Assembly (NCBI GenBank): GCA_050950285.1
Contig: JBMNHG010000003.1
Coordinates: forward strand, 124,001 to 188,000
DNA length: 64,000 nt
Reading direction: 5' to 3'
Origin: Kiritimatiellia bacterium
GTDB taxonomy: Bacteria; Verrucomicrobiota; Kiritimatiellia; RFP12; JBMNHG01
Numbering within the stretch: the first letter of the stretch is position 1; each line of letters starts with the position of its first letter. Both the position numbers and the translations under genes were made by a program. This document shows, in pieces, positions 1 through 10,992 of this stretch. The notes beneath the pieces are model-generated. The model saw only the letters and a list, made by a program, of their open reading frames with translations, was not told the origin of the DNA and did no database searches.

Positions 1-924
1 GAAGCGCTTCGCTCGATTCTCCGCGAGACCCGGGCCGACTGGGTTCTCGCCGCCGGCGGCGGGAGCGTCCTCGATCTTGCGAAGGCGGCCGCCGGTCTCG
101 CCGGGGCGCCCGCCGCCGCGGCCGACTATCAGGCGGGGGCGGCCATTCCGCCTTCCCGCCTTCCCTTTCTCGCGGCTCCCACCACCGCCGGCACCGGATC
201 GGAGGCCACGGAGGTTGCCGTGCTCACGAACCCTGCGAAGAGCCTCAAGCAATCCATCCGCCACCCAAGCTTCCTGCCGTGCACGGTGGCCCTCGATCCG
301 GCGCTTTTGCGCGACTGCCCCGCGCCGGTGCTCGCCGCGTCGGGCATGGACGCGCTCACGCAGGCCTTCGAATCCCTCACCAGCAACAAGGCCACGCCCT
401 TCACCCGCGCCCTGTCCGAGTTGTCGCTCGTGCGCCTGGCGAAGGCGCTTCCCGCGGCCTACCGCGGCGATCGTTCGGCCGACGTGCTGGCGGACCTGCT
501 CGAGGGGAGCTTTCTGGCGGGGGTTGCGCTTTCCCATGCGCGGCTGGGCGTGGTGCATGGCCTGGCGCATCCGCTCGGCGTCCGCTGGGGCATTCCGCAT
601 GGGCAAGCCTGCGCCATCTGCCTGCCCGCCGCGCTGGCGTTCAACGCCCCCGTGATTGCCGGGGATCTGGCCCGCATCGAGGAGCTCCTGGGAACGCCGT
701 TCCCCCGGCTGGTCGAGGATTTCCTCCGGGAATTCCACATCGAATCGCCGCTTCGGGGGAAGGCCCCCGACGAAGACGTCCTCGCCGCCATCGTCCGCGA
801 GACCCTCGCCTCCGGCTCCACCGCCGCAAATCCGCGCCCCGTGGACGCCGCCGCCGTCCGCGCCCTCCTGGACGTGCTTTTCGCCGCGGATCCGGACGCC
901 CGACCTCCCCGCGTGCGCCCTTGA
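1..924 (+). CDS. Iron-containing alcohol dehydrogenase family protein (5' truncated by window edge)
   Basis: Frame open from base 1. Motifs GGGSVLDLAK, PTTAGTGSE, GMDALTQAFE, LGVVHGLAHPLG and IPHG are typical of Fe-ADH. Confidence 0.9.
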   Translation, partial: EALRSILRETRADWVLAAGGGSVLDLAKAAAGLAGAPAAAADYQAGAAIPPSRLPFLAAPTTAGTGSEATEVAVLTNPAKSLKQSIRHPSFLPCTVALDPALLRDCPAPVLAASGMDALTQAFESLTSNKATPFTRALSELSLVRLAKALPAAYRGDRSADVLADLLEGSFLAGVALSHARLGVVHGLAHPLGVRWGIPHGQACAICLPAALAFNAPVIAGDLARIEELLGTPFPRLVEDFLREFHIESPLRGKAPDEDVLAAIVRETLASGSTAANPRPVDAAAVRALLDVLFAADPDARPPRVRP

Positions 925-967
925 CAAACGGATGGACACGCCTCCCCTGTTGCCGTACCCTTCCCCC

Positions 968-2011
968 ATGCACCCGGTAGAAGAAGCCGCCGCCGATGCC
1001 CCCGCCGCCCCGCGCCCGAGACGCTGGGGGACGGCCGCCCTCAAATTGGCGGTAAGCCTCGGGCTTCTGTGGTTCCTCTACTCCAAGCAAGACATCCGCG
1101 AACTCGCGAAGGCCGCCGCCGGCGCCGACTGGCGCTGGCTCGCCCTCGCCTACGCGCTGATGATCCTGAACACCGTGGTCAACACGGCCAAGTGGAGGCT
1201 CCTCCTCGCGGCGGACGCGATCCACCTTCCCTTCCCCAGCCTCTGGGCAAGCCATCTGATCGGGGCGTTCTTCAACCTCTTCCTGCCTTCGACCATCGGT
1301 GGCGACGCCTACCGCATCGCCGATGTCGGGCGCCGCACGGGCCGGACCGCGCGTGCGGCCGCCTCGATCCTCGTCGAGCGCATCACCGGCTTTTTTGCGC
1401 TGTCGGCATACGGCTTCGCGGCGTCGTTCCTGGCGCGTCCGCTTGTCGCCCGCTGGCAGGACTGGTACGTCCTCCCCTCGCTGGTGGCGATGGTGGCGCT
1501 GATTGGCGTGGCGGTCGCCCTCTGCATTCCCGGCTTCGCCCGCTTCTGCTGCCGCTTCGTGCCCGGGAGGAGACTTCGTGCGAAGGTCGAAGGCGTCGCC
1601 CTCCAGATCCTCGATGCGATGGGCTCCACCGTCCGCCACCCGGTCGTGCTGGCGCGCGCCCTGGCCCTCTCCTTCCTCTTCCAGTTCAATTTGATCCTCG
1701 CCGTGTGGGCCATCACCCGGGCGATTCCGCCCTCGATCCTCCCCGTTGCCGTGCCCTTCGCGCTCTTCTTCCTCTTCGTGCCGGTCAAGGCCTTCCTGGA
1801 GATGATCCCCGTCTCGGTCTTTGGCCTTGGCCTGCGCGACCTCGGGTACGCGCTCTTCATGTTCGCGGCGGGCGTCGCGGCCACGCTGGACGACTCCCGC
1901 GTGGCGGGCATCATCTCCTCCCTCGAAGTGCTTCTCACCATCCTCTACGTCCTTCCCGGCGGAATCCTCTTTGTCCTCCGCCCGAAGGCAACCGTCGTAA
2001 AACCGCGCTAG
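968..2011 (+). CDS. Lysylphosphatidylglycerol synthase TM / UPF0104 flippase-like membrane protein
   Basis: Multiple hydrophobic segments, with FFNLFLPSTIGGDAYR and IPVSVFGLGLRD motifs. Start is ATG 968 or ATG 932. Confidence 0.8.
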   Translation: MHPVEEAAADAPAAPRPRRWGTAALKLAVSLGLLWFLYSKQDIRELAKAAAGADWRWLALAYALMILNTVVNTAKWRLLLAADAIHLPFPSLWASHLIGAFFNLFLPSTIGGDAYRIADVGRRTGRTARAAASILVERITGFFALSAYGFAASFLARPLVARWQDWYVLPSLVAMVALIGVAVALCIPGFARFCCRFVPGRRLRAKVEGVALQILDAMGSTVRHPVVLARALALSFLFQFNLILAVWAITRAIPPSILPVAVPFALFFLFVPVKAFLEMIPVSVFGLGLRDLGYALFMFAAGVAATLDDSRVAGIISSLEVLLTILYVLPGGILFVLRPKATVVKPR

Positions 2012-2053
2012 AAGCCCCGGCTTCGCCGCCTCATCCCAAGGACACGGAACACC

Positions 2054-2878
2054 ATGGATCATCCCACCCTCCCCCTCTGGCCGGGCAATCCGCCTGGAAC
2101 GGTCAATCCGGACGAACCGGGTGCCGGAGCAACCGAGACGCCCTGCCTGAAGCCCTTTTTGCTGGATGGCGACGCCCTTCGCCCGCTCGTGGTCGTGTGC
2201 CCCGGCGGCGGCTACGGCTGGCGCGCCCCCCACGAGGCCGATCCGGTCGCGCAGTGGCTGAACGGCGTCGGCCTCCACGCGGCGGTCTGCCACTACCGCG
2301 TGGCCCCGTGGCGCCACCCGGCGCCGCTCGACGACGCCCGGCGCGCCCTCCGCCTGGTCCGTGCCCATGCCGACGAATGGCATGTCGACCCCGGCCGCGT
2401 GGGCATCCTCGGCTTCAGCGCCGGCGGGCATCTCGCCTGTTCCGCCGCGAACTTCGGCGACGACGGCGACCCCGCCGCCGCCGATCCCGTGGCCCGCTTC
2501 CCCTCCCGCCCGAACGCGCTCGTCGGCTGCTACCCGGTGGTCACCTCCGGCCCGAAGGGGAACATCGGCACCTTCGAGAACCTGCTCGGCAAGGATCCCG
2601 ATCCCGCGCTGCTCGCGAAGCTGTCGCTCGAGACCACCGTCACCCCCGCCAACCCGCCGGCCTTCCTCTGGTCCACGACGAACGACACCTGCGTGCCGCC
2701 CGAAAACGTCTTGCTCTACGCCACGGCGCTTTCCGCCGCCGGCGTAGCCTACTCGCTCCACGTCTACCCGGATGCCTGGCACGGCACGGGTCTCGCCCGC
2801 GACTTCCCCGGCACGGCGCGCCGCTGGACGCTCGACTGCGAGGCCTGGCTGCGGGAGATCGGCTGGAGCCGCACCTGA
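2054..2878 (+). CDS. Alpha/beta hydrolase (carbohydrate esterase-like)
   Basis: CPGGGY oxyanion motif, GFSAGG nucleophile elbow, D..VP and HG catalytic region. Confidence 0.88.
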   Translation: MDHPTLPLWPGNPPGTVNPDEPGAGATETPCLKPFLLDGDALRPLVVVCPGGGYGWRAPHEADPVAQWLNGVGLHAAVCHYRVAPWRHPAPLDDARRALRLVRAHADEWHVDPGRVGILGFSAGGHLACSAANFGDDGDPAAADPVARFPSRPNALVGCYPVVTSGPKGNIGTFENLLGKDPDPALLAKLSLETTVTPANPPAFLWSTTNDTCVPPENVLLYATALSAAGVAYSLHVYPDAWHGTGLARDFPGTARRWTLDCEAWLREIGWSRT

Positions 2879-2916
2879 GCCGGAGGCCCGGCGGAACGGG
2901 AAAGGAGCCCCATGCG

Positions 2917-4155
2917 ATGAACCCCGGAGAACTCGAACTCGTGCGGGAGCTCGCCCGCCGCTATCGCGATGTCGCGGAGTCGGAGCGCCACGTCCGCATG
3001 CGCCGGCGCTTCCGCGACACCAACGACCTCAAGGTCGTCCGCCCTCCGGTCCACATCGAGGAGCTGCCCTGGCACGAAATCGACTCCCACGAGGAACTCG
3101 CCTGCCGGTGCGCGGACGAACGCCTCCGCGCCATGGAGCGCCACTTCCGCACGGCCCTCTTCCGGGAAAAGCACTTCCGGTGCGACAACTACATCGAGCC
3201 GGTCTTCCCCGTGGGCAAGGCCTTCTCCAGCACCGGATGCGGCTTCCAGCTCGAGGAGGAGCGGCTTGCCGTCGACCCGTCGAACCCCATCGTCTCGCAC
3301 CACTACCACGACATCCTCGCCGACGAGCGATCGCTCGAACGCTACCACGACCCGGTCGTCACCGCCGATCCCGCCCGCGACGCCGCCGAGGCGGCCTTCG
3401 CCGAGGAGGTCCTGGACGGCATCCTGCCCGTGGAGCTTCGCGGATACCAGACCTACCACGCGCCGTGGGACGCGATTTCCATGCTGCGCGGCGTCGAGCC
3501 CATCCTCCTCGACATGGTCGAGCGCCCCGGATACCTCCATCGCATCATCGGCCTCTTCACCCGGGCGGCGGCGTGCGAGATCGAGCAGAAGGACGCCCTG
3601 AGGCTCTTCGACCCGCGTTCGCCCGACATCCACTGCACGCCCGCCGCCGTCACCGTGCCGAACCCCTCGCCCCCCGGCTCCTACCACCCGTCCGACGTCT
3701 GGTTCCGCACCATGGCCCAGATGTTCTCCGCCGTTTCGCCCGATGCCCACGACGAGTTCGACGTGCAGTACAGCCTCCCGCTCGCCCGGCGCTTCGCCTT
3801 CACCTACTACGGCTGCTGCGAACCCCTCCACGACCGCCTCCACGTGATCCGGAAATACCCCAACCTCCGCAAGGTCGGCGCCACCCCCTGGGCCGACGTC
3901 GAGCGGATCGCGGAGGCCCTCGGACCCAGCTGCGTGCTCTCGCGCAAGCCCAACCCCGCCAACGTCGCCGCCACGACGGACCCCGGCGTCGTGCGCGCCG
4001 AAACCGAGGCGACCGTCCGGGCCTGCCTGGAACACGGCACGCCGTGCGACATCACGCTCAAGGACATCAGCACCATCGGCTATCGCCTCGAAAACCTCGA
4101 AGTCTGGGCGCAAACCGTCTCGGACGTCCTCGACCGCTTCTACGACAAGGCCTGA
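2917..4155 (+). CDS. Uroporphyrinogen decarboxylase (URO-D) superfamily protein
   Basis: RBS AAAGGAG precedes ATG 2917. Motifs [28 protein letters not shown] and SRKPNPA fit the URO-D/methyltransferase-like family. Confidence 0.7.
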   Translation: MNPGELELVRELARRYRDVAESERHVRMRRRFRDTNDLKVVRPPVHIEELPWHEIDSHEELACRCADERLRAMERHFRTALFREKHFRCDNYIEPVFPVGKAFSSTGCGFQLEEERLAVDPSNPIVSHHYHDILADERSLERYHDPVVTADPARDAAEAAFAEEVLDGILPVELRGYQTYHAPWDAISMLRGVEPILLDMVERPGYLHRIIGLFTRAAACEIEQKDALRLFDPRSPDIHCTPAAVTVPNPSPPGSYHPSDVWFRTMAQMFSAVSPDAHDEFDVQYSLPLARRFAFTYYGCCEPLHDRLHVIRKYPNLRKVGATPWADVERIAEALGPSCVLSRKPNPANVAATTDPGVVRAETEATVRACLEHGTPCDITLKDISTIGYRLENLEVWAQTVSDVLDRFYDKA

Positions 4156-4164
4156 CCCTCCGCC

Positions 4165-4794
4165 ATGCAGCACAGTCAAACCCATGCCAGCCTCCTCCAG
4201 GCCATCAAGGCCGGGGACGACGTTTCCTGGGAGGTCTTCTACCAGCGCTACGCCCCCCTGGCGCTGATGGTCGGCCGCGGCTGCCGCCTGGACGCGAACG
4301 AGCTCGACGAGTTCGTCCAGGACGTGATGATGGACTTCTTCAACGCCCAGCAGAAGTTCGTCTACCAGCCGGAGAAGGGGCGTTTCCGCGACTATTTCCT
4401 GCGGATCGTGCGGAACCGCCTCTACGCCCGCTTCCGGGCGCGGAAACGCCGCGACGCCCGCTTCGAAGCCCTTCCCGACGAAGGGTCCGACGAAATCCCC
4501 GACAGCCGCGTCTCCGAACTGGAGGCCGTCTGGGAGCAGGAGTGGCGCTCCCACGTGCTGCGCGAGGCCCTGCTGGCGGTGAAACGCTCCCCCGCCGTCA
4601 CCGCGCGCGCCTTGCAGGTCTTCGACCTTTGGGAGACGCAGGACGTCCCCCCGAAGGAGATCGCGAAGGCCCTCGGCATCTCCCTCGCATCGGTCTACAA
4701 CGATCGCAACCGCGTGCTGGACGAACTCCGCCGGATCGTCAAGGAGCTCGACGAAGGCGCGGTGAGCGTCCCCCGGAAGGAATCCCCCGCATGA
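4165..4794 (+). CDS. ECF sigma-70 family RNA polymerase sigma factor
   Basis: Region 2 ([22 protein letters not shown]) and region 4 HTH ([15 protein letters not shown]). Confidence 0.88.
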   Translation: MQHSQTHASLLQAIKAGDDVSWEVFYQRYAPLALMVGRGCRLDANELDEFVQDVMMDFFNAQQKFVYQPEKGRFRDYFLRIVRNRLYARFRARKRRDARFEALPDEGSDEIPDSRVSELEAVWEQEWRSHVLREALLAVKRSPAVTARALQVFDLWETQDVPPKEIAKALGISLASVYNDRNRVLDELRRIVKELDEGAVSVPRKESPA

Positions 4795-7013
4795 CGCCCG
4801 CTCTTTCGTCCCTCCTCGCCGGCATGGGAACGGTGATCGCCCCGGCCGACCCCTCGCAATGCCCGACGCTCGACTGGAGCGGGCGCACCGGCTGGCAGCA
4901 CGTCGTGGCCGCGGGGACCGAGTCGGTCTACCAGGGGCATCCCACCACCGTCCAGACGGCCGACGGCCGCGTGATCGCGGTGTGGTGCACGCCCCACGGC
5001 GGATTCTGCGGACCCGCCGCGGAGTCTGCGGACGGCGGCCGCACCTGGACGCGCATCGACGACCGCTTCCCCGCCGCCTACCGCCGCTTCGTGAACTGCC
5101 CGAGCCTCTACGCCCTCGAAGGCCCGGACGGCAAGACCCGCCTCTGGGCGTGGAGCCAGGTGAAACTTCCGGAAGACGCCGCCCCCGGCGACCACCGTAC
5201 CGCCCGCCCGCGCGGCGGGCCGATGCCGTCCGTGATGAGCGAGGACGGCGGCCGCACCTGGCGCGAGATGCCGCCCCTCGGCCCGAAGTTCCGCTGCGTG
5301 ATGGCCTTCTCGTCCATCGTCCGCCTCGCGGACGGCTCGTACCTCGGCCTCTTCCACCGGGGCCCCGAAGGCGCCGACCGCGCGCCGCTCGTGGTGCTCC
5401 AGAGCCGTACCGCCGACGGCGGCTTCACGTGGTCGGATCCCGTCGTGGCCTGCGCCGTGGAGGGCAGGAGCCCCTGCGAGCCCTGCGTGTTCCGGGCCCC
5501 CGACGGCATCGGGCTCTGTTGCCTGATGCGCGAGAACACCCGCGCGGGCCGCTCGCTGCGGATGGTTTCCCGCGACGAAGGCGCCACATGGTCCAACGCC
5601 GTCGAAACGCCCTGGGGGCTCACGGGCGACCGCCACCAGGGCTTCCGCCTCCCCGACGGCCGCTACCTCTTCTGCTTCCGCGACATGGCGCCGGACTCCC
5701 CCACCGCCGGCCATTTTGTCGCCTGGGTCGGCACCTACGACGAACTGCTCGGCGACGCCCCCGGCGATTCCTTCCGGATCAAGCTGCTTCACAGCTGGGC
5801 CGGCTGGGATTGCGGATACCCCGGCGTGGAAGCCCTCGCGGACGGCCGCATCCTCGCGACCACCTACGTGAAATACCGCGACGACGCCCGCCTCCAGTCC
5901 GTCGTGGCCGTGCGCTTCGGCGTGCCGCCGCCCGCCGTGCGCCCCTTCCCGCCCGACGCCGCGCACGCGCCGGGCACCCGCCGCTTCGGCGGCATCCCGT
6001 CCATCGCGGTCTCCCCGGAGAACGGCCGCCTCTGGGCCACGTGGTACGCGGGCCCCACGGCGGGCGAGGACTCGAACAACTACTGCGTGCTCGCCACCAG
6101 CGCCGACGACGGCGCGTCCTGGACGGAGGCGCTCGTGGCCGACCCCGACGGCGAAGGCCCCTACCGCGCCTTCGACCCCGAAGTATGGGTCGCGCCCGAC
6201 GGCCGCCTGCGCTGGACCTGGACCGAACGCCTCGTGCCCCTCGCGGCACGCTGCTCCAATGCCTACGCAGGCTCCGCCGCCGAGTCCGGCGAGGACCGGC
6301 TGATGATGATGGAGCTCGACGCCGAAGATCCTCCCGCCGGGGACGCGGCGGCGCGCCTCCCCTTCCCCCGCCTCGTCGCCCGCGGCGTCCAGATGTGCAA
6401 GCCGATCGTCGGCTCCGACGGCCGCTGGCTCCTCCCCGTGGCCCGCTGGCAGGACGCCCCCAGCGCCTGCGTGGTCGCCTCCGCCGACGGCGGCGCGTCC
6501 TTCGATTTCATGGGCGGCGCCACCCTGCCCAAGGAACGGCGCCTCTTCGACGAGCACAACCTCGTCGAGCTCCGCGACGGACGCCTCCGCGCCTACATCC
6601 GCACCCGCACCGGACCCGATGCCATCTGGCAGTCGGAGTCGGACGACGGCGGGAGGACCTGGTCCGCCCCCCGTCCCTGCGCCTTCGCCCACACCTCCTC
6701 GCGCGTCTTCGTGCGACGCCTCGCGAGCGGACGCCTCCTGCTCGTGAAGAACGGCCCCCTCGACTCCGACGCCGGGCGCACCGATCTCACGGCATACTTC
6801 TCCGACGACGACGGCGCCACATGGGATGGAGGGTTCGTCCTGGCCCCCGGCCCCTGCTCCTATCCCGACGGCGACCAGGCCCCCGACGGCACCCTCTACA
6901 TCGTCTGGGACAACGACCGCACCGGCGCCCAGGAAATCCACTTCGCCCGCTTCACGGAAGAGGGAATCGCCCGCGGCGAGATGCACAGGGGCCTCGTCTT
7001 CCGGGCCACCTGA
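4791..7013 (+). CDS. Two-domain BNR/Asp-box (sialidase-like) beta-propeller protein
   Basis: ATG overlaps the sigma stop (ATGA). Many S-x-D-x-G-x-T-W Asp boxes. Two propeller units, one ending DCGYPG and one ending CSYPD. Confidence 0.82.
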   Translation: MTPALSSLLAGMGTVIAPADPSQCPTLDWSGRTGWQHVVAAGTESVYQGHPTTVQTADGRVIAVWCTPHGGFCGPAAESADGGRTWTRIDDRFPAAYRRFVNCPSLYALEGPDGKTRLWAWSQVKLPEDAAPGDHRTARPRGGPMPSVMSEDGGRTWREMPPLGPKFRCVMAFSSIVRLADGSYLGLFHRGPEGADRAPLVVLQSRTADGGFTWSDPVVACAVEGRSPCEPCVFRAPDGIGLCCLMRENTRAGRSLRMVSRDEGATWSNAVETPWGLTGDRHQGFRLPDGRYLFCFRDMAPDSPTAGHFVAWVGTYDELLGDAPGDSFRIKLLHSWAGWDCGYPGVEALADGRILATTYVKYRDDARLQSVVAVRFGVPPPAVRPFPPDAAHAPGTRRFGGIPSIAVSPENGRLWATWYAGPTAGEDSNNYCVLATSADDGASWTEALVADPDGEGPYRAFDPEVWVAPDGRLRWTWTERLVPLAARCSNAYAGSAAESGEDRLMMMELDAEDPPAGDAAARLPFPRLVARGVQMCKPIVGSDGRWLLPVARWQDAPSACVVASADGGASFDFMGGATLPKERRLFDEHNLVELRDGRLRAYIRTRTGPDAIWQSESDDGGRTWSAPRPCAFAHTSSRVFVRRLASGRLLLVKNGPLDSDAGRTDLTAYFSDDDGATWDGGFVLAPGPCSYPDGDQAPDGTLYIVWDNDRTGAQEIHFARFTEEGIARGEMHRGLVFRAT

Positions 7014-7035
7014 CGATCCATCCACGGAAAAGCCT

Positions 7036-7326
7036 GCCTGGGGGCCGCCGTCCCCGGCGGGCCGGGCCGCCGCAGGTCGCGGCACGCCGCCGTCGTGTGA
7101 CCCGATTGACCGGATTGACCCGGTTGACCCGGTTGACCCGGTTGACCCGGTTGACGCCAACCCGCCACCCGCCCGCGCCATGCCGGGGCCGGGCGTCGCG
7201 GCACGCCGCCGTCGTGTGACCGGATTGACCGGATTGACCCGATTCCCGATCCCCGCCCGCGCCATGCCGGGCGTCGGGCGTCGGGCGTCGCGTGTCGCCG
7301 CCTGGGGACCGCCGTCCCCGGCGGGC
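7036..7326. repeat. Composite intergenic repeat: two REP-like palindromes bracketing two copies of a unit with 9-bp tandem repeats
   Basis: GCCTGGGG(G/A)CCGCCGTCCCCGGCGGGC at 7036-7062 and 7300-7326. TGACC(C/G)G(G/A)T x6 at 7098-7151 and x3 at 7217-7243, each preceded by GTCGCGGCACGCCGCCGTCGTG. CCCGCCCGCGCCATGCCGGG occurs twice. Confidence 0.85.
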
Positions 7327-7349
7327 ATGGGAAAGCGGCGCGCCGTTTT

Positions 7350-9455
7350 TTACAGGACGAAGAACATGTCGCGGTAGGTGGGAAGCGGCCAGAGATGCGC
7401 CGGGACGCGGCTTTCCAGTGCGTCGGCGACGGCGCGCACGGCGGCCATCGCCTCCAGCTGGGCGGAAGAGTCGCCCGCCTCGACCGAAGCGTCGAGCCGG
7501 TCCGCCCCCTCCAGCAGGGATTCGATGTTCGCCGCCATCTCGTCGCGAAGGCGGCCCAGCCGGGGCATGGCCCCGTCGGACGGCGCCGCGCCGAGGCCCG
7601 CATGGAAGTCGGAGAGCGCTTGAATGGCGGCGGGCGCGATGTGCGTGCGCACCAGTTTCGAAAGGCACTCGGCCTCCATGGTGACCGTCTTGCGGTAGGT
7701 TTCGAGATGGACGTCGCGGCGCGAGGCCAGCTCCCGTTCGGAGAAGACGCCGTATTTCCCGAAGAGCGCCCTGGAGGCCGGGGAGACCAGTTCCTCCAGC
7801 GCTTCGGGGGTCGTGCGGAGGTTGGGAAGCCCCCGGCGGGCGGCTTCGGCGGCCCAGGCCCCGCTGTAGCTGTCGCCGTCGAACAGGATGCGCCCATGCC
7901 GGCGGACGATGGCCTGCAGCGCGCCCTGGAGCGCATCGTTGAAGGCCGCGCCCTTCGCGAGACGGGCCTCGAGGTCGTCGCAAAGCGCATCGATGGCCTC
8001 CGCGACGATGGTGTTGAGGACGGTGTTGACGCCGCTGCAGTTCATGTTGGCGCCGACCGCGCGGAACTCGAACTTGTCCCCGGTGAAGGCGAAGGGGGAG
8101 GTGCGGTTGCGATCCGTGCCGTCGCGCGGGAGCGTGGGGAGGGTGTCCACGCCCACGTTGACGTGTCCGGCGGCCTTGGAGCGGCGCGCCCCGCCTTCGC
8201 CGATCTGGGCGACGATGTCGGAAAGCTGGTCGCCCAGGAAGATGGAGAGAATGGCGGGAGGCGCCTCGTTCGCGCCGAGGCGAAGGTCGTTCTGCGCGGA
8301 GGCGGCGGCGGCGCGGAGGAGTTCGGCGTGGGTGTCGACGGCCCGGATCACGGCGCAAAGCATGGCAAGGAACTTCGCGTTCTCGTGCGGCGTGGAGCCG
8401 GGGTCGAGCCAGTTCTTCCCGTCGGGCCCCCTGACGGACCAGTTCACGTGCTTGCCGGAGCCGTTCACGCCTTCGAAGGGTTTTTCATGCGGCAGGAAGA
8501 CGAGACCGTGGCGCGCGGCGACCTCGCCCAGCACCTGCATGGCGATCATGTTGTGGTCGATGGCGAGGTTCTGCTCCTCGTAGACCGGCGCGAGTTCGAA
8601 CTGGGCGGGGGAGGCCTCGTTGTGGCGGGTCTTGGCGGGGACGCCGAGAAGCCAGAGTTCCCGGTCCACCTCGTCCATGAAGGCGAGCACGCGGGGGTGG
8701 ATGCGCCCGAAATAGTGGTTTTCGAGCTGCTGGTGTCGCGCCGGGCGGCGTCCCACGAGGGTGCGGCCGGTCTGGATGAGGTCGGGGCGCTTCAGGAAGA
8801 AGGCGCGGTCGACGAGGAAATACTCCTGCTCGACGCCGAGGGTGACGCGCGGGCGGGCGGAGCCGTCCACGCCGAAGAGCTTGGCGAGCCGCAGGATCCG
8901 GGCGTAGAGGGCGTTTTGCGAGCGGAGGAGGGGGGTCTTCTTGTCGAGGGCGTCGCCGTGGTAGCCGCAGAAGGCCGTGGGGATGCAGAGGACGGTCGCG
9001 CCGGAGGGGTCTTTCTTGAGGAAGGCCGGGCTGGTGGGGTCCCAGGCGGTGTAGCCGCGGGCCTCGAAGGTCATGCGCAGCCCGCCGTTGGGGAAGGCGG
9101 AGGCGTCGGGCTCGCTCTGGCGGAGTTCGGAGCCGGAGAAGCGGGCGATCACCCCCCCCTCGTGGTCGGGCACGAAGAAGGCGTCGTGCTTCTCGGCGGT
9201 CATGCCGGTGAGCGGCTGGAACCAGTGGGTGTAGTGGGTGGCGCCGCGCTCGAGGGCCCAGTTCTTCATGGCCCCGGCCACTTCGTCCGCGATGGCGGGA
9301 TCGAAGGGGCGCCCCTGGAGAATGGTGGCGGAAAGCGACCGGAAGGAGGCCTCGGAGAGGTAGTTCCGCATCGCCTGGATACTGAAGACCTGCTCGCCGA
9401 AGCGGATGTCGGGCCTGTTCTCGGGACCGATCCCTTTTCCCATGGAGGAGTTCAT
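7350..9455 (-). CDS. glnA: Glutamine synthetase type III
   Basis: GSIII motifs GATHYTHWFQPLTG, EPDASAFPNGGLR, HEKPFEGVNGSGKHVNWS, DRNRTSPFAFTG and WPLPTY. Confidence 0.95.
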   Translation of the reverse strand: MNSSMGKGIGPENRPDIRFGEQVFSIQAMRNYLSEASFRSLSATILQGRPFDPAIADEVAGAMKNWALERGATHYTHWFQPLTGMTAEKHDAFFVPDHEGGVIARFSGSELRQSEPDASAFPNGGLRMTFEARGYTAWDPTSPAFLKKDPSGATVLCIPTAFCGYHGDALDKKTPLLRSQNALYARILRLAKLFGVDGSARPRVTLGVEQEYFLVDRAFFLKRPDLIQTGRTLVGRRPARHQQLENHYFGRIHPRVLAFMDEVDRELWLLGVPAKTRHNEASPAQFELAPVYEEQNLAIDHNMIAMQVLGEVAARHGLVFLPHEKPFEGVNGSGKHVNWSVRGPDGKNWLDPGSTPHENAKFLAMLCAVIRAVDTHAELLRAAAASAQNDLRLGANEAPPAILSIFLGDQLSDIVAQIGEGGARRSKAAGHVNVGVDTLPTLPRDGTDRNRTSPFAFTGDKFEFRAVGANMNCSGVNTVLNTIVAEAIDALCDDLEARLAKGAAFNDALQGALQAIVRRHGRILFDGDSYSGAWAAEAARRGLPNLRTTPEALEELVSPASRALFGKYGVFSERELASRRDVHLETYRKTVTMEAECLSKLVRTHIAPAAIQALSDFHAGLGAAPSDGAMPRLGRLRDEMAANIESLLEGADRLDASVEAGDSSAQLEAMAAVRAVADALESRVPAHLWPLPTYRDMFFVL

Positions 9456-9594
9456 GGCGCAAAAGTATAGCATTTTATCGCCTGCGGGCAATGCCAAACC
9501 ACGGCGCGCCGCCGCGGTCGGGCGGATTGCGGCATTGGGTGGACCTTTCGGGCGGGAGGGGGTATCATCCCTGCAACCTGCCACCTCCTTTCCC

Positions 9595-10977
9595 GTGAGT
9601 CTTCCCACCATTGCCGCGATCGCGACGGCTTCCGGCGAAGCCGGGGTCGCCGTCGTGCGGATCTCCGGCCCCGAGGCGCTTCCCGTCGCGCGGCGCGTGG
9701 CCGTCGCGCTCCGACGCGGCGCGCCGCCGGAGCCGGGCACCTTCCGTTTTTCCCGCTTTGTCGACCCGCGGTCGGGGGAGGTCTTCGACGAGGGCGTCGT
9801 GCTCGTCTTCCAGGCCCCGCGCAGTTACACGGGGGAGGAGGTCGTGGAGCTTCAGGGGCATGGCGGGCGCACGCCGTCCCGGCGTCTCCTGGACGCCGTC
9901 CTGGCCGCCGGGGCGCGTCCGGCCGGCCCCGGCGAATTCACGCGCCGCGCCTTCCTCAACGGCAAGATGGACTTGACCCAGGCCGAGGCGGTCGCCGATC
10001 TCATCGCGTCCCGCACCGTCCGGGCCGCGCGGGCCGCGCGGGCCCAGCTCGACGGCGTCCTCGGGCGCCGGCTCGACGCCCTCTACGAGGATGCGGCGGA
10101 CCTGTGCGCCGACCTGGAGGCCTGGCTCGACCTGGAGGAGGGGGAGGTGGACGCCCCGTCGTTCGGCTCGATTTCCGGGCGGATCGGGCTTCTGGGCGAT
10201 GCGCTCGCCCGCGAGATCGCCTCCGCCCGCGAGGGGCGTCTCCTCCGCGAAGGGGCGCTTGTCGTGATCGGCGGCGCGCCCAACGTCGGGAAATCGAGCC
10301 TTCTCAACGCGCTTCTCGGCGTTTCCCGCGCGATCGTGAGCGACGAGCCGGGCACCACCCGCGACGTGGTCGAAGAATCGCTGTCGCTGGAGGGCGTGCC
10401 GCTCCGCATCGCGGACACGGCCGGCCTGCGCGAGGCGCCGGGCGCCGTCGAGCGCGAAGGGGTCTCCCGCGCCCGGGACTGGATCTCCCGCGCCGACCTC
10501 CGCCTGCACCTGCTGGACGCCAGCGGCGCGCCGTTCGCCGAGCAGCTCGCGGGGATGGACGGCGTCCTTCCCCGCGACACCACCCTCCTCGTGCTGAACA
10601 AGTGCGACCTGGCCGGAAAAAACGGCGCGCCGCTTTGGGAGCCGCCGGAGGGATGGACGTCGTGCCGCATCTCGGCCCTCACCGGCGAAGGGCTCGATGC
10701 GCTGCGCCGGGCGATGGCCGACCTGTTGCGCGTGCACGGCGGCGGCGAGGATGCGGACGTCGCCGTCGCGGCCCGCCACCGCGACGAGCTCGAGGTGGCC
10801 CGGGCGCACGCCATGCGGGCCCGGTCGCACCTGGGAGGGCCGGATGGGGCGGTGGATTGCGTCCTCGCCGCCCACGAGCTCCGCCAGAGCGCGGAGGCCC
10901 TGGGGCGCATCACCGGCCGGGTCTTCTCCGAGGAGCTTCTCGACCGGGTCTTCTCGCGTTTCTGCGTGGGGAAATGA
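9595..10977 (+). CDS. mnmE: tRNA modification GTPase MnmE/TrmE
   Basis: TIAAIAT, PRSYTGEEVVE, GEFTRRAFLNGKMDLTQAE, GAPNVGKSSLLN, GTTRD, DTAG, NKCD and C-terminal FCVGK. Start codon uncertain (GTG 9595). Confidence 0.95.
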   Translation: MSLPTIAAIATASGEAGVAVVRISGPEALPVARRVAVALRRGAPPEPGTFRFSRFVDPRSGEVFDEGVVLVFQAPRSYTGEEVVELQGHGGRTPSRRLLDAVLAAGARPAGPGEFTRRAFLNGKMDLTQAEAVADLIASRTVRAARAARAQLDGVLGRRLDALYEDAADLCADLEAWLDLEEGEVDAPSFGSISGRIGLLGDALAREIASAREGRLLREGALVVIGGAPNVGKSSLLNALLGVSRAIVSDEPGTTRDVVEESLSLEGVPLRIADTAGLREAPGAVEREGVSRARDWISRADLRLHLLDASGAPFAEQLAGMDGVLPRDTTLLVLNKCDLAGKNGAPLWEPPEGWTSCRISALTGEGLDALRRAMADLLRVHGGGEDADVAVAARHRDELEVARAHAMRARSHLGGPDGAVDCVLAAHELRQSAEALGRITGRVFSEELLDRVFSRFCVGK

Positions 10978-10992
10978 GCCCGTCGAAGCGGG

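Noticed and set aside
921..926. TTGACA as a -35 promoter element
   Set aside because: It overlaps the ADH stop codon and has no convincing -10 at the correct spacing.
7098..7243. Repeat cluster as a CRISPR array
   Set aside because: The units are 9-bp tandem repeats without unique spacers, and there are no cas genes.
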